64,000 nucleotides of DNA, taken from the IMG/VR virus record IMGVR_UViG_3300028840_006907, positions 224,001 through 288,000 of that record; one strand, written 5' to 3'. The stretch comes from a virus. Positions 60,608 through 64,000 of the stretch are shown here, piece after piece; within the stretch, counting starts at the first letter, position 1; each line of letters opens with the position of its first letter. The notes below the pieces were generated by a model that was not told where the DNA came from, searched no databases, and saw nothing but the letters and a program-made list of their open reading frames with translations. Both the position numbers and the translations under genes were made by a program.

Positions 60608-61783
60608 ATGATTCCAGAAAATAATTCTCTATTAGATTTGACAGGTGAAAAATTTGGAGACTGGAAAGTTATTTCTCGTGCTTCAAATATTAAAGGCCAT
60701 ACCAGATGGCTTTGTGTCTGTAATTGTGGTAAAAAAGTTCCTGTTTATACCTCAAGTTTAAGGTCAGGAAAATCAACTAGTTGTGGGCATAAGAAAAGAA
60801 ATTTCATAGATTTATCAGGTAAAAGATTTGGTAAGTTATATGTAATTGGTGAGACAACAAAAAACCCTTATACCTATGCCTTAAGATATCGTTCCAAAAA
60901 TAAAGGAAAATGTTGGGAATGTTTATGTGATTGTGGAAATAAATGTATTGTAACTTCTAGGAATTTGTTATCGGGTAATACTAAAAGTTGTGGTTGTTTA
61001 GGGATTTTTTCTGATCCCACTAAAGGTTCTAAAAAGGCTCTTTTTAGAAAATATAAAAGAAGTGCAAAAATAAGAGACCATTCTTTTAATATATCTTTTG
61101 ATCAATTTTTAGTTATGATAGATCAAGAGTGCTTTTATTGTGGAAAAAGTCCTTCTCAAACTTTTAAAGGTAATAGAGAAGATTTTCTTTATAATGGTAT
61201 TGATAGATTAGAGAGTAATAGAGGTTATGAAATAGGTAACATAGTTACTTGTTGTAAAGAATGTAATTATTTAAAATGGACAAAAAGTATTAACGATTTT
61301 TTAATATGGCTAAAAATGTGTTATAATCATTTAAATCTTGAGTTCACTGACTCCCTTTTAACTATCCAAATAAATTCAAATGAAGTGGATATTCAAAATA
61401 ATGAAAAATATAATCTAAGAAAAGATGATCCTTGTTATTACTCTAAGAATACGTTTTATAATGTTTATAAAAATGTTTGTGGTAAGAAAAGAGGGTTAAT
61501 TTTTGAATTGAGTTTTGAGGAATTCTTTTCTATTAGTCAAAGGAAATGTTTTTATTGTGGTATAGAACCTAATAAGCTCTTTAAAAAGGGTTCAAGTAAA
61601 GGATTCTTTTATAATGGTCTTGATAGGATAAATAATGACATGGGTTATATCAAAGATAATATTGTTACTTGTTGTTCAATTTGCAATGAATCTAAGATGA
61701 ATTTAGATCAAAAAATTTTTATTAATAGAATCAAAAAATGCTATGGATATTTAAAGAAATATTATTTAAAAAAATTTTTTTGA
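60608..61783 (+). CDS. HNH-type endonuclease-like protein with duplicated modules
   Basis: 391 aa. Two N-terminal Cys-rich repeats (WLCVCNCGKK...STSCGH; WECLCDCGNK...TKSCGC). Two HNH-like modules (CFYCG...YNGIDRLESNRGYEIGNIVTCCKECNYLK; CFYCG...YNGLDRINNDMGYIKDNIVTCCSICNESK). Confidence 0.65.
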   Translation: MIPENNSLLDLTGEKFGDWKVISRASNIKGHTRWLCVCNCGKKVPVYTSSLRSGKSTSCGHKKRNFIDLSGKRFGKLYVIGETTKNPYTYALRYRSKNKGKCWECLCDCGNKCIVTSRNLLSGNTKSCGCLGIFSDPTKGSKKALFRKYKRSAKIRDHSFNISFDQFLVMIDQECFYCGKSPSQTFKGNREDFLYNGIDRLESNRGYEIGNIVTCCKECNYLKWTKSINDFLIWLKMCYNHLNLEFTDSLLTIQINSNEVDIQNNEKYNLRKDDPCYYSKNTFYNVYKNVCGKKRGLIFELSFEEFFSISQRKCFYCGIEPNKLFKKGSSKGFFYNGLDRINNDMGYIKDNIVTCCSICNESKMNLDQKIFINRIKKCYGYLKKYYLKKFF

Positions 61784-61806
61784 ATTTTTTGCTTAATACT
61801 TACCCT

Positions 61807-61823
61807 CCTTCGTGTCGTATAAT
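61807..61823 (+). promoter_or_regulatory. conserved promoter motif, family 1
   Basis: CCTTCGTGTCGTATAAT, 43 nt upstream of the 61866 start. Confidence 0.6.
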
Positions 61824-61865
61824 AGATAGGGTTGATCCAATTTCAACATTTAGTTTAGGAATTTT

Positions 61866-63947
61866 ATGAAACCAACAATTTCTCTTGTAATGGTAGTCTA
61901 TAATGTCAGTAAGACACTTGATAGATGTCTTAAAGGTTTTAGTCAGTGTTCGGATGAAATAGTAGTTGTTATAGATAATAAAACAACGGATAATAGTGAA
62001 GAAATTGCTCGAAAATATACCGATAAAATTTATCATTTCGATTGGATAGATGACTTTTCTGCCGCGAGAAATTTCTCTTTTGATAAGTGCACATGTGATT
62101 TTATCCACTGGTGCGATGGTGATGATTACATTCTTCCTGAAGATATAAAAATGATAAATGATCTAGATCTTACTGATTGGGATATGGTTGTTATGGATTA
62201 TGTCTATGCTCAGGATGAGTTTGGAAATGATAAATCGGTTGTCCCCAGAGAGAGAATTATAAGAAGATCTCTGGGATTGAAATGGGAGGGTGAAATACAT
62301 GAGTGTATTTTACTTCAAGGAAGAGTAAAACATACCCATATCCGAACTTATCATGATAAACAGCATGGGACTTCTGAACGTAATCTTGCCATATTAGAAA
62401 GAATTACTGAGAAAAATCCTAGTTCAAGAAATCTCTATTATCTCGGTAAAGAATATTATGATATGGGTAGAATTGATGAGGCAATTAATTATCTTTTGAA
62501 ATTTCTTGATTGTCCTGATGCCTTTTGGGAAAATGCTTATCAGGCTCATTGTAAATTGGCTATGGCTTATTTACAGAAAAAAGATGAGACTAGATTTAAA
62601 AAGCATATTTTTGAATCGATTAAGATGGAAGACCGTCAGGCAGAACCTATATATTTTCTCGCTTTATATTATATGAATAAAGGTCAATGGGATAGAGCTA
62701 TTCAGTGGTTTGAAGTATGTGCTCATATGGAGCATCCTGCAGATCTTCTAGGTGCTCATTTACCAGAATATTATACATGGTTACCTAATTTAAATCTTTG
62801 TGTTTGTTATAATGCTATTGGTGAAATTGAGAAAGCATACGAATGTAATGAAAAAGTTTTGAAATACCGTTCAAAAGATCCTCGTGCTGTCAGTAATAGA
62901 GAAATTCTTAAAAATGCTTTAAACTCAAAAAAGAAGAAAGAAGATGGTCAAGGTAAAAAACTGAATCTCGGTTGTGGTGGTAAACCTGTAGAGGGTTTTG
63001 TCAGTGTTGATATATTTAAAAGTCCCAAAATTGATGAAGTTTTTGATATGGGTGATATTCCGTATAAAGATAATACTATAGGAGCTATTTATAGTGAGCA
63101 TGCTTTAGAACATGTTTCTTTTGAACGAGTAGAAGAAGTTCTTAAAGAATGGTTTCGAGTTTTACAACCAGGGGGAGAACTTTTCCTTTATATGCCTGAT
63201 TTTGAAAATTGTTGTAAAAGTTATATAAATGCTCCGATTGACCATCCTCATTTTATGAATACTAAAGCTTGGTTTAAATATACTGTCTATGGAATTCAAA
63301 AGAGTCAGGGCGGGGAACCAGATGAAGCCCAGTTCCATCTTAGTGGCTTTTCAAAAGAGGAGATAAAAATAGTATTAGAACGGAATGGTTTTGTTATTGA
63401 TAAAGTAGAAAATTATGGTGGGGAAGGTCAGAAGCCTGATTATGGAACTCCTTCTATGGAAATCCATGCCCGAAAGCCTGAAGTAAAAAAGGAAATAATA
63501 CCTGTCAAGAAAGAGTCTGTGAAAGTGGTAGAGAAACCGAAACCTGTGAAAAAGGATTCGGGTATAAAGGTAGCCTGGATCGGGACTGAGAATTGGGTAG
63601 CTGCTCAGACAAGAATCAGAATATTAAATGTGCATCAATGGTTAAATGACCATGGTATAGAATCGGTGGTAACAAATAACTGCAAGGATGTAATCACGCA
63701 AGATTTTGATGTAGCCATTGTCGGAAAGAGATTTGATGAAGAAATTTATAATGGTGTCAAGGAATTGAAGAAGTCCAATAAAATAGTCTATTGCGATTTA
63801 TGTGAGGATGTTGTTAATTGGGCCTGGGTAAATGAGATAATGGTTGAATGTGATAAAGTTATCTGTTGTTCTAATACTCTTGCTGAGAGGGTGAAGCCAG
63901 TGAATCCTAATGTTGTAGTTATTGAAGATGCCTACGAGATGGTATAA
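61866..63947 (+). CDS. multidomain glycan-modifying enzyme (GT2, TPR, SAM-methyltransferase, C-terminal GT-like domain)
   Basis: 693 aa. GT2 motifs ISLVMVVYNVSKTLDRCL...IVVVIDNKTTDNS and WCDGDD. TPR-like LYYLGKEYYDMGRIDEAINYLLKFL. Methyltransferase motifs KLNLGCGGKPVEGFVSVD and LQPGGELFLYMPD. The GT2-TPR part is collinear with 19016-21643. Confidence 0.75.
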   Translation: MKPTISLVMVVYNVSKTLDRCLKGFSQCSDEIVVVIDNKTTDNSEEIARKYTDKIYHFDWIDDFSAARNFSFDKCTCDFIHWCDGDDYILPEDIKMINDLDLTDWDMVVMDYVYAQDEFGNDKSVVPRERIIRRSLGLKWEGEIHECILLQGRVKHTHIRTYHDKQHGTSERNLAILERITEKNPSSRNLYYLGKEYYDMGRIDEAINYLLKFLDCPDAFWENAYQAHCKLAMAYLQKKDETRFKKHIFESIKMEDRQAEPIYFLALYYMNKGQWDRAIQWFEVCAHMEHPADLLGAHLPEYYTWLPNLNLCVCYNAIGEIEKAYECNEKVLKYRSKDPRAVSNREILKNALNSKKKKEDGQGKKLNLGCGGKPVEGFVSVDIFKSPKIDEVFDMGDIPYKDNTIGAIYSEHALEHVSFERVEEVLKEWFRVLQPGGELFLYMPDFENCCKSYINAPIDHPHFMNTKAWFKYTVYGIQKSQGGEPDEAQFHLSGFSKEEIKIVLERNGFVIDKVENYGGEGQKPDYGTPSMEIHARKPEVKKEIIPVKKESVKVVEKPKPVKKDSGIKVAWIGTENWVAAQTRIRILNVHQWLNDHGIESVVTNNCKDVITQDFDVAIVGKRFDEEIYNGVKELKKSNKIVYCDLCEDVVNWAWVNEIMVECDKVICCSNTLAERVKPVNPNVVVIEDAYEMV

Positions 63948-63956
63948 GGAGTACAA

Positions 63957-64000
63957 ATGGAAGTTAGGAAATTTGAAAATGTCCGAGAACTAATAGATAG
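63957..64000 (+). CDS. start of a further CDS running off the window
   Basis: ATG 6 nt after AAGGAG. The frame stays open to the window end (MEVRKFENVRELID...). Confidence 0.5.
   Translation, partial: MEVRKFENVRELID

Noticed and set aside
61800-62108. 102-aa minus-strand ORF, and 59290-59517 (75 aa, minus strand).
   Set aside because: Each overlaps the promoter/start region or the body of a motif-supported plus-strand gene. Neither has an RBS or any recognisable motif.
1-64000. Possible stop-codon reassignment, prompted by the odd tRNA.
   Set aside because: All three stop codons terminate well-supported genes (for example TAG at 593-595 and 31485-31487, and TGA and TAA elsewhere). ORFs of up to 3,078 codons read through cleanly under the standard code. 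The tRNA anticodon UAG pairs with Leu codons, not stops.

Overview
AT-rich, tightly packed, Shine-Dalgarno-using segment of a tailed dsDNA phage or prophage genome. All calls rest on motifs read by eye from the sequence and ORF track; no searches were run. Layout: (1) 1-10 kb: large terminase, then a 2,337-aa fibre protein (BNR propeller, collagen-like G-X-Y tract, ten GIGTxxPxxxLHV repeats). (2) 10-17.8 kb, minus strand: accessory operons with a UvrD-type helicase and a cassette reading Ubl-candidate / Ro60(TROVE)-vWA-like / E2-like / JAB / E1-like. (3) 17.8-19.0 kb: an ORF-free promoter-to-terminator unit with one canonical tRNA and five structured RNA units. The units share a conserved closing module, and three have circularly permuted tRNA-like cores. 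(4) 19-42 kb: a multidomain glycosyltransferase, a 3,078-aa collagen-like protein, four tandem paralogues with a shared LamG-like C-terminus (two with polyglycine-rich N-domains), a cytidylyltransferase, and two GH-barrel-like paralogues. (5) 43-53.5 kb: head module with a portal interrupted by a LAGLIDADG intein, small proteins, a protease-like protein, an acidic scaffold, a decoration-like protein and an HK97-type capsid protein with a strong terminator. (6) 54-64 kb: mixed genes including a Zn-finger repeat protein, a Spo11/TopoVI-A-like TOPRIM protein, an HExxH protein, a double HNH protein and a second GT2-TPR-methyltransferase. The strongest candidate for a new system is the 13.8-18.9 kb locus: a phage-borne ubiquitin-like conjugation cassette with a Ro60-like gene inside it, placed back-to-back with the Y-RNA-like / permuted-tRNA-like RNA operon. 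Three families of recurring intergenic motifs (likely promoters) are also reported.
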